Of a stretch of DNA of 64,000 nt, positions 1-9,315 are shown in pieces. Source of the stretch: a candidate division FCPU426 bacterium (GTDB lineage: Bacteria > Oederibacteriota > Muellerivitia > Muellerivitales > Muellerivitaceae). Each line of letters opens with the position of its first letter. Within the stretch, counting starts at the first letter, position 1. The notes beneath the pieces are model-generated. The model did no database searches. It saw nothing but the letters and a program-made list of their open reading frames with translations, and was not told the DNA's origin. Where the stretch lies: contig CAVTWJ010000014.1 in the NCBI GenBank assembly GCA_963738405.1, forward strand, positions 160,001 through 224,000, in the 5' to 3' direction. The translations under genes were made by a program, and so were the position numbers.

Positions 1-2
1 TA

Positions 3-1250
3 GTCGCTGTTCCCCCGAACGAGCCCAGTTACCACTTGAAGCGCCTCAAACTCACCCGAAGGGAGGAACAGGGCTTCTATGAGGGGTTTTCCAACGAAAC
101 CCTTTGGCCCTTGTGCCACGTATGCTACGTGCGCCCCAAATTTTCCCCCTCCGATTGGCAGACCTATGAAGAGGTCAATCTTAAATTCGCCCTGGCTGTA
201 GCCGATACGGCGCCCAAGGGAAGCCTGGTTTTTCTTCAGGATTACCACCTCTGCCGTGTGGCCCATCATTTGAAGGCTGTCAGGCCGGATCTCATCACCG
301 CCCTCTTTTGGCATATCCCCTGGCCCAACCCGGAGATTTTCCGGATCCTTCCCTGGAAAAAAGAAGTGCTGGAAGGTCTTCTGTCAAACGACATTTTGGG
401 TTTCCACCTGAAGTACCACGCCGAAAACTTCCTGGAAACAGTGGGATTGGAATTGGAATGCCGGATCGATTGGGAAAAATCCAGGGTGGAGCGGGGCGAT
501 AGAATCACTCAGGTGAACGCCTATCCTATTTCCATCGACTTCGATTCCATATTCCGCCAATCCGAAAGCCCTTGGGTTTCAAAAACCTGCGGGACGCTTA
601 CGGTCGAACAGCGCCTAGGCGGGTTGAAGCTCATCCTGGGCGTGGATCGCCTGGATTACACCAAGGGAATCCCCGAAAGGCTGGAAGCCTTCGACCGGTT
701 GCTGGATACTCACCCCGAACACCTGGGGCGGGTCAAATTGATTCAGATCGGGGTTCCCAGCCGCACCGGCCTTGAGGATTACCAACAGGTCGTGGCACAA
801 ATTGAGGAGAAATGCGCCGCGCTCAACGCCCGTTATTCGAACGAGGACTGGGAACCGGTTCTTTTTCTGAAGGGCCACCAGGACTTCGACACCCTCCTTC
901 CCTACTACCGTATGGCGGAAGTCTGCGTGGTAAGTTCCCTGCACGACGGAATGAATCTGGTGGCCAAGGAGTTCGTCGCGGCCTCCGGCAATGACCGGGG
1001 AGTTCTGGTCCTTTCCCGTTTCACGGGCGCGGCCCGGGAACTGGAACCGGCCCTCCTCGTGAACCCCTACGATACCGTCTCCTTCGCAGAGGTCCTGCAT
1101 CAGGCCTTGACCATGCCTCCTGAGGAACAAAAAGCCCGTCTGGACCGCATGCGCATGACGGTGGCCGAGAACAACATTTACGCTTGGGCCCAGGCCATCC
1201 TGAGCGACGCCATAAGGCTTGCCGAGCATCAGTCCCTGGAAAGGGGTTGA
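3..1250 (+). CDS. otsA: Trehalose-6-phosphate synthase (GT20), 5'-truncated by window edge
   Basis: Motifs FYEGFSNETLWPLCH, QDYHL, FWHIPWP, GVDRLDYTKGIPERL, HDGMNLVAKEF, LSRFTGAA. The frame is open back to base 3 (VAVPPNEPSYHL...). Confidence 0.95.
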   Translation, partial: VAVPPNEPSYHLKRLKLTRREEQGFYEGFSNETLWPLCHVCYVRPKFSPSDWQTYEEVNLKFALAVADTAPKGSLVFLQDYHLCRVAHHLKAVRPDLITALFWHIPWPNPEIFRILPWKKEVLEGLLSNDILGFHLKYHAENFLETVGLELECRIDWEKSRVERGDRITQVNAYPISIDFDSIFRQSESPWVSKTCGTLTVEQRLGGLKLILGVDRLDYTKGIPERLEAFDRLLDTHPEHLGRVKLIQIGVPSRTGLEDYQQVVAQIEEKCAALNARYSNEDWEPVLFLKGHQDFDTLLPYYRMAEVCVVSSLHDGMNLVAKEFVAASGNDRGVLVLSRFTGAARELEPALLVNPYDTVSFAEVLHQALTMPPEEQKARLDRMRMTVAENNIYAWAQAILSDAIRLAEHQSLERG

Positions 1251-1253
1251 CCC

Positions 1254-2051
1254 ATGAGCGAAATCCTTCCCTTCTTCCCCGTGGGATTTTCCCAAGCCGG
1301 ACCTGATCTTTTTTCCCGGGAGCCCCGGCTCCTTTCGCTGGATTTTGACGGCACCCTAGCGGAAATAGCGTCTACGCCCGAAGCGGCGAGGATGACGGAT
1401 GATTTTCGAATTCTGCTCAAGGGCCTTTCCCTCCTTCCCCGGACCAAGCTCGTTATCCTGAGCGGTCGGTCGGTCCCCGATATCAAGGCCAAGATTCGGG
1501 TTCCGGGAATCGTTTTCGTCGGCAATCACGGGTTGGATTTTTCCCCTCCTTCGGCGGGTTGGGGCATTTCCGCCCTGAGCGAATGGACCCGTAAAACGGT
1601 TGAGGTCCGGGAAAGACTGAGTCTCCTGGTAAAAAAATGGCCGGGGGCTTTCCTAGAAGCCAAGGGCCCCGACCTGAGCCTTCATTACCGCCTATTAAAA
1701 CCCGAACTGGCCCTACAACTCATTCCTGAGGCCCTGGGCGCCATTCAGGATCTTCCAGTCGTGACACGCGAGGGAAAATGCGTGCTGGAATTCAAACCGA
1801 AGGGCGCACCCGGCAAGGGGGAAGCGCTGGAGCGCTTGGCAGACCGCTTTTTTAAAGCCAATGAGGAAGGCCTTTGCCTCCATATGGGGGACGATCAAAC
1901 CGACGAGGAAGCTTTCCAGGCCCTGCGCAACATGGGGAGACGGGGCCTTGGGGTGAAGGTGGGGCCTGGCCCCTCCCGCGCCCACTTCCGGCTATCGGGG
2001 CCCCCGGAAGTTTATCGGTTTTTGAAACTATTTATGTCGGCGGAACTTTAA
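1254..2051 (+). CDS. otsB: Trehalose-6-phosphate phosphatase (HAD family)
   Basis: HAD motifs LDFDGTLAEI, ILSGR, GNHG, LHYR, KGEAL, GDDQTDEEAF; starts 3 nt after otsA. Confidence 0.93.
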   Translation: MSEILPFFPVGFSQAGPDLFSREPRLLSLDFDGTLAEIASTPEAARMTDDFRILLKGLSLLPRTKLVILSGRSVPDIKAKIRVPGIVFVGNHGLDFSPPSAGWGISALSEWTRKTVEVRERLSLLVKKWPGAFLEAKGPDLSLHYRLLKPELALQLIPEALGAIQDLPVVTREGKCVLEFKPKGAPGKGEALERLADRFFKANEEGLCLHMGDDQTDEEAFQALRNMGRRGLGVKVGPGPSRAHFRLSGPPEVYRFLKLFMSAEL

Positions 2052-2071
2052 CCCTACCAAAGGAGAAAATA

Positions 2072-2755
2072 ATGGATACGACCACAAACGGAAATTTCTG
2101 GATGGCTCCTCTGCAGGATTTGGCGAACGACTTTGGAAGTTGGGCTCCCCATCTTTTGGCCGCCCTGCTGGTGCTGGCCGTGGGGTTGGTGGCGGCTTGG
2201 CTTTGCCGTTATCTAGCCACTGCCCTTTTCACACTGCTCAAACTTGAGACAAAGTTTCAAGGCCTATGGTTTTTCAGGCTTTGGACCCGCGGCCTTCACG
2301 GGCGTAAACCCACCGATGCCATGACGGCTTTTATTTTTTACCTTATCCTTTTCATGACCATCCTGGTGGCCATCCGAATGCTGGGGGTGGAGGGAGGCCA
2401 AGCCATCCTTTCCTCGCTCTTGGGGGTTGTTCCACGGGTCTTGAGTTTCATGCTGATCCTTTTTCTGGGAACCCTCCTAGCCATGTTTTTCTCGGTGGTG
2501 GCCCAGCTGGCTCTCGTTGGTTCCGGTGCCCAGCATCCCAGTTTCTGGGGTAAGGTGATCGCCTGGAGCACCTTCGCGGTCACGGTGATGTTTTCCCTGG
2601 AACCCCTGGGGCTGGTCGGCCAATTCTTGACCACCGCCGTCTTTATTGTCTTGGGTGTGATGGGTTTGGCCGTCGCCATCGCCTTCGGTTTGGGCTGTAA
2701 AGACTTGGCCCGTGAATTCGTCATCGAACTTTTGAAGGAAGACAAGCCGGATTAA
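2072..2755 (+). CDS. MscS-associated TM-helix membrane protein (small mechanosensitive channel-like N-terminal repeats)
   Basis: ATG at 2072 after AAGGAG; about 5 hydrophobic segments; C-terminal AIAFGLGCKDLARE is typical of this family. Confidence 0.7.
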   Translation: MDTTTNGNFWMAPLQDLANDFGSWAPHLLAALLVLAVGLVAAWLCRYLATALFTLLKLETKFQGLWFFRLWTRGLHGRKPTDAMTAFIFYLILFMTILVAIRMLGVEGGQAILSSLLGVVPRVLSFMLILFLGTLLAMFFSVVAQLALVGSGAQHPSFWGKVIAWSTFAVTVMFSLEPLGLVGQFLTTAVFIVLGVMGLAVAIAFGLGCKDLAREFVIELLKEDKPD

Positions 2756-2768
2756 GGGAACCTTTCCC

Positions 2769-3518
2769 ATGAACTCATTCCTTTTCCGGTCCTCGGTCGA
2801 ATCGGTCCAATTGACCGGGCTCAAGGCCGCCAGCCTTTCCGAACTGGAAGAGGGACTTCGCCGGGTGGATGAAACCTCCATTTACCACCATACCCACCGC
2901 TTTTACCGGTCCCATTCCTTCCTCGGACCTTCGGACCGGTCCGATTTCGCCCTGTGGGTGGCTGAGAACCTGAAAGAGGCTATAGTTGCGGAACGAATGG
3001 GGGCCCTAGACTTGCGGGATTACGGTTCCATCCAGGAATTGAGGGAGGCGATCCTCACCACGCTCGACCCGTTAAGGGAAGCACCCGAACGATGGAATCG
3101 CAGCGTCCCCCCGGGACTGGAATTTCACTTCTGCCGGTCCACCAGTCTGGTTCTTCCCGCCCGTTACGAAGCCCGGAATTTGGAAGAATTTCTTTTTGCC
3201 CTGGAACGGGTGGACATTTCCTGCATTTATTTCCACCTGATTGAGGCCCCTTTGCATCTGGCCCCGGCGGAACGGCGTTTCAACAACGATTTTTCCCAAT
3301 GGCTGTCCGAAGGCCTAGGAATGCAAGCCCAGGCCCAGGCCGTCGCCAACCTGGACCCCTACCGGTCCGATCTGGAAACCCTCCGTCGGGACTTGATTTC
3401 GATTTTCCGCAGAGACCGCTTAAAAGCCGCCGTGCGGCGCGTTCTGGAAAGGATCCCCTCCCAGCCAGCGGGTGAGGCGGCGACACTTTGGCTTCGCCGC
3501 TTCCGAAAGGAATCCTAA
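2769..3518 (+). CDS. DUF5752-family protein (trehalose-cluster associated, internally duplicated)
   Basis: Two repeats of 'A..L.E....L.RVD.S.IY.H....DF..W'; lies directly upstream of the TreT-like gene, the usual context for this family. Confidence 0.8.
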   Translation: MNSFLFRSSVESVQLTGLKAASLSELEEGLRRVDETSIYHHTHRFYRSHSFLGPSDRSDFALWVAENLKEAIVAERMGALDLRDYGSIQELREAILTTLDPLREAPERWNRSVPPGLEFHFCRSTSLVLPARYEARNLEEFLFALERVDISCIYFHLIEAPLHLAPAERRFNNDFSQWLSEGLGMQAQAQAVANLDPYRSDLETLRRDLISIFRRDRLKAAVRRVLERIPSQPAGEAATLWLRRFRKES

Positions 3519-4769
3519 ATGTCATCCCCCTATGCGGATTACCGCTCTATCATCGGAAGGTCGGAACATGATTTGATCGCAAGATTGGCTGGGCATTTGC
3601 GGGGTCAAACCGCTGTCATGGTCAACTCCACCCGGGATGGAGGCGGGGTGGCCGAAATTTTAATGAACATGGTTCCCCTCCTGAATGAATTGGGGGTGGA
3701 TATCACCTGGGAAGTCATAGAAGGACGGCCCGATTTCTTCTCCATGACCAAGACCCTGCACAACGCCCTGCACGGGCGTCCCGAACCCCTGACCCCTGCC
3801 ATGGTCAAAGCTTATTGGGAAGTATCCGAGATGAATGCAGACAAACTGAAGGGCCGGTTGGACAAATCTATCATTTTTATCCATGACCCACAGCCCGCCG
3901 GGCTCTTGAGGCATTTAAAGAAGGCTGGACAAAGCTGGATCTACCGCTGCCACGTCGATGTATCCAGCCCCTATCCACCCGCATGGGATTTCCTGGGTCC
4001 GATCATGGAGGAATACCATGCCTCGGTTTTCTCCCATCCCAGTTTCGCCCAGAAAATGGCCATGCCTCAGTTCCTCATCGCCCCCTCAATTGATCCCCTG
4101 GCCGCCAAGAACAAGCCGATCCCCGGGGAATTTATCCTCAAGACCCTGGCGCGGTACCACTTGGATTCAAGCCGCCCTCTCATTACCCAGGTTTCCCGTT
4201 TCGATAAGTTGAAGGACCCCCTAGGAGTGATTGAGGCTTTTAAAAAGGTCAAGAAAACCCATTCCAACGTTCAGCTTCTTCTGGCTGGGGGCGCCGCCTC
4301 CGATGACCCAGAGTCCGTCCATATTCTTCCCGCCATCCAGGAAGCGGCGGGGAAGGACGATTCCATCCATATTCTGGACCTGCCCCCTTTCTCCGATCTG
4401 GAGATCAACGCGCTCCAGAGGGCCAGCGCGGTGGTGCTGCAGAAATCCCTCAAGGAAGGTTTTGCCCTGACCGTGACGGAAGCGCTTTGGAAAGAACGGC
4501 CCGTGGTGGCCATGGCGGTTGGGGGCATTCCATTACAGGTTTTACCCGGCAAGACGGGTTACCTGGTGCATACGGTGGAAGGAACGGCGGCGGCCATCCG
4601 GCATATCCTCAACAACCCACAAGAGGCTGCCCAATTGGCGAAAAACGGGCGGGAGCATGTCCGGCAGAATTTTCTGGTCACCCGCCATATCCGGGATTAC
4701 ATAAGCCTGTTCTTGTGTGTCCTCAATCCGGGAAAACCGGTTTTGAGGCTTGAGGACCATGCGGGTTGA
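3519..4769 (+). CDS. treT: Trehalose glycosyltransferring synthase TreT-like (GT4)
   Basis: VNSTRDGGGVAEIL, TKTLHNALHG, IHDPQPAGL, RCHVD, PSIDPL, QVSRFDKLKDP, QKSLKEGFALTVTEALWK. Confidence 0.85.
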   Translation: MSSPYADYRSIIGRSEHDLIARLAGHLRGQTAVMVNSTRDGGGVAEILMNMVPLLNELGVDITWEVIEGRPDFFSMTKTLHNALHGRPEPLTPAMVKAYWEVSEMNADKLKGRLDKSIIFIHDPQPAGLLRHLKKAGQSWIYRCHVDVSSPYPPAWDFLGPIMEEYHASVFSHPSFAQKMAMPQFLIAPSIDPLAAKNKPIPGEFILKTLARYHLDSSRPLITQVSRFDKLKDPLGVIEAFKKVKKTHSNVQLLLAGGAASDDPESVHILPAIQEAAGKDDSIHILDLPPFSDLEINALQRASAVVLQKSLKEGFALTVTEALWKERPVVAMAVGGIPLQVLPGKTGYLVHTVEGTAAAIRHILNNPQEAAQLAKNGREHVRQNFLVTRHIRDYISLFLCVLNPGKPVLRLEDHAG

Positions 4770-4810
4770 CTCATGCGTTTCACTCGTCTAATGAGAAAGA
4801 GGATAAAGCC

Positions 4811-5080
4811 ATGGATATCCAGGAACACCAGATGGGCGGAAAAGTGAAAAAGAGTTTTGCTTTTTTGGGTTCTTTCATTTTGATGCTGCTGATTACTTAC
4901 GTCGATTACGTGAGCGGCATTGAGGTCCACCTGACCGTCCTGCTTCTCATTCCTGTTTATTTCGCCACTTGGTATTCGAGCTTCACCGGTGGAGCCCTCC
5001 TCTCCCTTCTGGGCGCCTCCAGTCTGATCATGGACCCACTTTTGGAAAGAAAAATCTATCCCCAAAGGAGGCTGGTATGA
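4811..5080 (+). CDS. Small membrane protein, possibly a truncated sensor membrane domain
   Basis: ATG at 4811 after GAGGA; about 3 TM segments; DYVSGIEVHLTVLLLIPV..ATW resembles N-terminal TM domains of GGDEF/kinase sensors, but no output domain follows. Confidence 0.5.
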   Translation: MDIQEHQMGGKVKKSFAFLGSFILMLLITYVDYVSGIEVHLTVLLLIPVYFATWYSSFTGGALLSLLGASSLIMDPLLERKIYPQRRLV

Positions 5081-5331
5081 AACTCAACATCAAATCTTTC
5101 GGATTAGCTTGTGGCCTGTTTTGGGGTGTGGGCCTTTTCGGCCTGACCTGGTGGGTCATTCTGTTGGAGGGCCCAACCCACGATCTCTTGGTGATCGGGC
5201 ACATTTATAGGGGTTATGACGTGAGCCCCTTGGGCAGCTTAGCAGGCCTTGGCTACGGCCTGGTGGATGGCGGTGTGGGCGGAGCCCTCTTCGCCTGGAC
5301 CTACAACATACTCAACGCAAAGTTAAAATAA
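5077..5331 (+). CDS. Small 2-TM membrane protein (holin-like family as usually annotated)
   Basis: AGGAGG RBS; ATGA overlap with upstream stop; MKLNIKSFGLACGLFWG...YRGY..SPLGSLAG...DG..GGALFAWTYN. Confidence 0.65.
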   Translation: MKLNIKSFGLACGLFWGVGLFGLTWWVILLEGPTHDLLVIGHIYRGYDVSPLGSLAGLGYGLVDGGVGGALFAWTYNILNAKLK

Positions 5332-5355
5332 CGGCTAAGATATCAAGTTGGTACT

Positions 5356-6624
5356 TTACTTAAGACTTTTTCCGACTCCGTAATGTTTGAGGAGTCGGCT
5401 CATGGTAAGCCCCTGGACTAGGACCGAAAACAAAACCACTCCATAAGTCGCAGCCAAAATCATCCCCTTTTCCGGAATAGCCGGCAAAGAAAGCGCCATT
5501 GCGATCGAAAGCCCTCCCCTCAAGCCTCCCCAGGTGAGGATAGGCACGATTCCCTTCCGAGCCTTATGCCAGTGAAGCAAACTGACCGGCAGGAGAACCG
5601 ATAGATATCTTGAAAGGAGGGCGATCAGAATCGCCGCTAAAACGGTTAACATGATGCGCGGCGATAGGACAGTTTCGAAAACTTCCAGGCCGATCAAAAG
5701 AAAAAGAACGGCGTTTAGGATGTCATCAACCATTCCCCAGAAGGTATCTACGTGTTCCACCGTTTTGGGGCTCATGGCCAAGCGCTTTCCCTGGTTACCG
5801 GTCAGAAGACCCGCCACCACTACCGCGATGGGGCCGGAAACACCCAGGCGAAAAGAGAGGGAGTAGGTGAACATGACCAGGGCCAGGGTAATCAGAAGCT
5901 CCAATTGGTGGTAATTGATGCTTTTGAGCATCCGGAAGGCTAGGTAGCCTAAGCCCAGGCCCAATAGCACCCCGCCCGCCACTTCCTGAAAAAACAAAAC
6001 GATCAAAGGAAGGACATGGAAAGATAAAGCGGCCTCGCCCGCCCCGCTTAAGCCCGCCAGCGAAACCAAGGCAAAAAAAACCACGACGGCCACCCCATCA
6101 TTGAAAAGGGATTCACCGGCAATTGTGGCTTCAAAATCCTTTGGGGCGTGGAGTTCCTTCAGCAGACCCAAAACCGCGATGGGATCGGTGGGTGAAATGA
6201 GTGCCCCGAACACAAGACAGATCGGCAGGGATATTTCCATTCCAAGGGCTCTGAATATCCCATAGGCCAAAGCGCCCACCATTGCCATTGAAAGGAGAAC
6301 CCCAAGGGTCGCCAAAGCGACAATCGTCCACTGGTTGGCCTTGAGATCCTCGAACTTGACATGCAAGGCGCCCGCAAAAAGGAGGTAGCACAGCATCCCA
6401 TGCATCAGCGCCTGATTAAAATCGACACCCGATAGAAACACCTTTATAACCGCCATCAGATGGAGGTTCGGAAAAAATCCATTAATAGCGAACAGGGCAA
6501 AGGAAGATAAAAGGGTGATGGTTAAAATTCCGGTGGTGGCAGGCAACCGGAGGAAACGGTAGTTGATGTAACCAAAAGCCCCAGCCAGGGTAATTAAAAC
6601 GGCCGCAATATCAAAAAAACTCAT
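5356..6624 (-). CDS. nhaP: Na+/H+ antiporter, CPA1/NhaP family
   Basis: LLFAGALH, FGALISPTDPIAV, GESLFNDG, WGGLRGGLSIAMALSLP; about 12 TM segments. Confidence 0.9.
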   Translation of the reverse strand: MSFFDIAAVLITLAGAFGYINYRFLRLPATTGILTITLLSSFALFAINGFFPNLHLMAVIKVFLSGVDFNQALMHGMLCYLLFAGALHVKFEDLKANQWTIVALATLGVLLSMAMVGALAYGIFRALGMEISLPICLVFGALISPTDPIAVLGLLKELHAPKDFEATIAGESLFNDGVAVVVFFALVSLAGLSGAGEAALSFHVLPLIVLFFQEVAGGVLLGLGLGYLAFRMLKSINYHQLELLITLALVMFTYSLSFRLGVSGPIAVVVAGLLTGNQGKRLAMSPKTVEHVDTFWGMVDDILNAVLFLLIGLEVFETVLSPRIMLTVLAAILIALLSRYLSVLLPVSLLHWHKARKGIVPILTWGGLRGGLSIAMALSLPAIPEKGMILAATYGVVLFSVLVQGLTMSRLLKHYGVGKSLK

Positions 6625-6721
6625 TTAGAACTCTTTAAATAATTTATTGAAACAACCCGATCTTTTCTTCTATAGATCATATAATAAATCACCATCAAAA
6701 TAGCCTTGCTAGGGGATCACT

Positions 6722-7129
6722 TTGCCATCACCTATCCACTCTCATGAGGTTATCATCCGCGAACAGCATTTGGACACCTTCGGGCATGTCAACAACGCCG
6801 CCTACATGGTGCTTTTTGAGGAAGCCAGGTGGGAATGGATCACCCTCAATCGGTTCGGCGTGGAACGCGTCAAGGAAGTCCAATACGGCCCGGTGCTGTT
6901 AGAAGCCACGGTGCGTTTTAAGCGCGAGATCAAGTTGCGGGAAAAGATCCGCATCACCACGATGCTGAAAGAGCAAAAGGGCCTGATCAGCTACGTCTAT
7001 CAAGAGATGATTAAAGAAAACGACCAAGTAGGGGCGGACGGCACCTTCGTGATAGGCCTTTTTGATCTTAAAACCCGAAAATTGATGAAACCCACCCCTG
7101 AATGGAAAAAAGCCATCGGGTTGGAATAA
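6722..7129 (+). CDS. Acyl-CoA thioesterase (4HBT/YbgC-like hot-dog fold)
   Basis: DTFGHVNNAAY..LFEEAR motif; TTG start after a GGGGA RBS. Confidence 0.85.
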   Translation: MPSPIHSHEVIIREQHLDTFGHVNNAAYMVLFEEARWEWITLNRFGVERVKEVQYGPVLLEATVRFKREIKLREKIRITTMLKEQKGLISYVYQEMIKENDQVGADGTFVIGLFDLKTRKLMKPTPEWKKAIGLE

Positions 7130-7230
7130 GCCTTTTTCTTCAAATAACCCAACTAACAAAACTTTTAGGGGCTTACAAAGGGCCCCGACTGCGTCAAAAC
7201 CTTAGCAATGAATCTTTGAGGATGGTATTC

Positions 7231-8565
7231 ATGAAACGGTGCGTGGCAGGCTTATCCCTCATTCTATTATTGGCCCTTCCCTGGGCTGCGCTGTCTCAGC
7301 AAGTGGACCGCAACCATGATACAAATAAAGAAAAAGGCGGTCCCACACCCCAGATTCAGCCCGATCAAAAAACCAATCCCAAACCCCAGCCCGTTTCACG
7401 GCCCCTTCCCCCATCCCGCCCCGTCGTAGAATCCCATTTTTCCGTTCCCCGCACGGTAAGGCCCTCAACCCCTATCGACCAATGGAATGAAACCCGGGCG
7501 GTTGAGATCAACGTCAGCCAACCCAGCGGAACCTGGAACGGCTATGAGAACCCGCCCCAGGTGCAGGCCGAATTCATGCCCCGGGACATGGCCCCAGGCG
7601 AAGATAACAGCCTACAGGTCAGCCCCGCTCCACCGGCCGAATCCGTCCCCAATGTCAGAAGCAACGCCCCGCATCAGCATCACCCCTATCAACCCGGGTA
7701 CGTCCGCAAGAAACTGCAAAAGCTCGGGGTGGCCAAGATTCCCTACCCGCTCTCGGACCGTTCCCAATTGCTGGACGATGACAGGTCCCATTCCATCATC
7801 CGCGTGCCCCGCAAGGGATCCAACCACCAAGTCTTGACGGCCAAGGCCCTTTCTCCCCGAAATTTCAACGATGGGTTGGTGCGGGGCCCCATGTCCCTGA
7901 TCGATCAGGACAGCTGGCGCCAAACCATCAACCAACTCAATCTTTCCGAAACCAAGCCAAACCATTACTACTGGCACACCACAAAAAGCTTCAATTACTG
8001 CCATTACCTGGACGCCTCCGGAAACCAGTGGTACGGCTGGTATGCGGGCGACAGTTATTTTTGGACGCGCTGTTATGGGGACCTTTGGTGGTGGTACGAC
8101 CCGGATTTTAACCGCTGGTGCTTCTGGAGCGAGGGTTGGTGGTGGTGGCAGGACCCCTACCATGTGGGAGATTTGTACTTCTATAACGGAGATCAATACA
8201 TTCCCTGCAATTCAGCCAACGACAAGGTGGAAGTAACCACCATCATGACCCCGAATCCGGTTATCACGGTCAGTCCCGACGGCACCCGGCAGGTAAAGGT
8301 TGTGGGCGAAGGACAGGATGCCTTTTTATACGACGCGACCGTTCCTCCCGCCTTCACCCCTATCTACTTGGCTTCGAAAGTGCAAAAAGTTGAATTTGTT
8401 GATCCCGGCGACGGCGGGCCGGATGAAATTAACGTGACCCTTTCCGATGGAACGGTGAATTATTTCGATCTTCAGGGGAGTCCGCAGGAAACTACGGCAA
8501 TGAGCGAAGGAACCTCACCGCCCCCGAATACGGGGGCAGGAGATATACCGTCAGCGAATCCTTAA
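7231..8565 (+). CDS. Secreted hypothetical protein with a Pro-rich region and a Trp/Tyr-rich domain
   Basis: Signal peptide MKRCVAGLSLILLLALPWAALS; Pro/Gln-rich N-half; YYWH...WYGWY...WWWYD...WWWWQDP block. Confidence 0.7.
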   Translation: MKRCVAGLSLILLLALPWAALSQQVDRNHDTNKEKGGPTPQIQPDQKTNPKPQPVSRPLPPSRPVVESHFSVPRTVRPSTPIDQWNETRAVEINVSQPSGTWNGYENPPQVQAEFMPRDMAPGEDNSLQVSPAPPAESVPNVRSNAPHQHHPYQPGYVRKKLQKLGVAKIPYPLSDRSQLLDDDRSHSIIRVPRKGSNHQVLTAKALSPRNFNDGLVRGPMSLIDQDSWRQTINQLNLSETKPNHYYWHTTKSFNYCHYLDASGNQWYGWYAGDSYFWTRCYGDLWWWYDPDFNRWCFWSEGWWWWQDPYHVGDLYFYNGDQYIPCNSANDKVEVTTIMTPNPVITVSPDGTRQVKVVGEGQDAFLYDATVPPAFTPIYLASKVQKVEFVDPGDGGPDEINVTLSDGTVNYFDLQGSPQETTAMSEGTSPPPNTGAGDIPSANP

Positions 8566-8669
8566 TCGTTGAAAAAGACGTAATAAACTGCCAACTCTAT
8601 CAGCACAAAGACAATCGAAGCCGGAAGCAAAGCCGAACTGATCCATTCCCCAATACGGTAAAGCGTCAT
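8562..8669 (-). CDS. Putative 35-aa single-TM membrane protein downstream of kdpC
   Basis: Hand-translated MTLYRIGEWISSALLPASIVFVLIELAVYYVFFND*; ATG 5 nt after the kdpC stop; fills the intergenic gap. Confidence 0.5.
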   Translation of the reverse strand: MTLYRIGEWISSALLPASIVFVLIELAVYYVFFND

Positions 8670-8674
8670 CTTTC

Positions 8675-9262
8675 TTATTTAATGGAATCCAAAGCCAAAT
8701 TCAACATCACCACATTAACTCCAGGGTCGCCGATGAAGCCCAGCCAGCGTCCTTGGGTCTTTTGGGCCACCAGGTCCCGAACCTTTTGGGGGGCCAAGCC
8801 CCGGGCTTTGGCCACCCGGGCCACTTGGTAATCCGCCGCCGCGGGACTGATATGCGGGTCCAATCCCGAACCCGAGGCCGTCACTAGGTCCATCGGTACG
8901 GGAGCGTCCGCCATGTCCGGGTCGGCCTTGCGCAGGGCGTCCACCCGCCCCTTGACCGAATTGATGAAATCCGGATTGGTGGGTCCCAGGTTGGACCCGC
9001 TAGAACTGGCGGCGTTATAGCCAAAAGGTCCGGTAGCCGATGGCCTGCTCCAAAAATACTTAGGATCGTCGAAGGGCTGGCCGATCAGTTCCGAGCCCAC
9101 GGTCTTTCCGTTTACGACCATCAAGCTTCCCCCCGCCTGATGGGGAAACAGAGTTTGGCCGATCAGGGTCACCATTCCCGGATAAATAAACCCGCAGAAC
9201 ACCGTGAAAACCAGCAAGAACATGAATGAAAGTCTTAGTTGAGTTCCGAATTGCTTAAGCAT
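8675..9262 (-). CDS. kdpC: K+-transporting ATPase subunit C
   Basis: [50 protein letters not shown]. Confidence 0.97.
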   Translation of the reverse strand: MLKQFGTQLRLSFMFLLVFTVFCGFIYPGMVTLIGQTLFPHQAGGSLMVVNGKTVGSELIGQPFDDPKYFWSRPSATGPFGYNAASSSGSNLGPTNPDFINSVKGRVDALRKADPDMADAPVPMDLVTASGSGLDPHISPAAADYQVARVAKARGLAPQKVRDLVAQKTQGRWLGFIGDPGVNVVMLNLALDSIK

Positions 9263-9315
9263 ATAACCCTCCGAAATCTAGCCAGAAGCAAACTGCCTCT
9301 GGCTGATAAATGAAT

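Noticed and set aside
1874..2071. Long N-terminal extension of the MscS-like ORF
   Set aside because: It overlaps otsB, and the strong RBS supports the ATG at 2072.
5077..5331. Holin-like gene as a prophage marker
   Set aside because: No endolysin, integrase or structural phage genes nearby; it is coupled to the trehalose operon.
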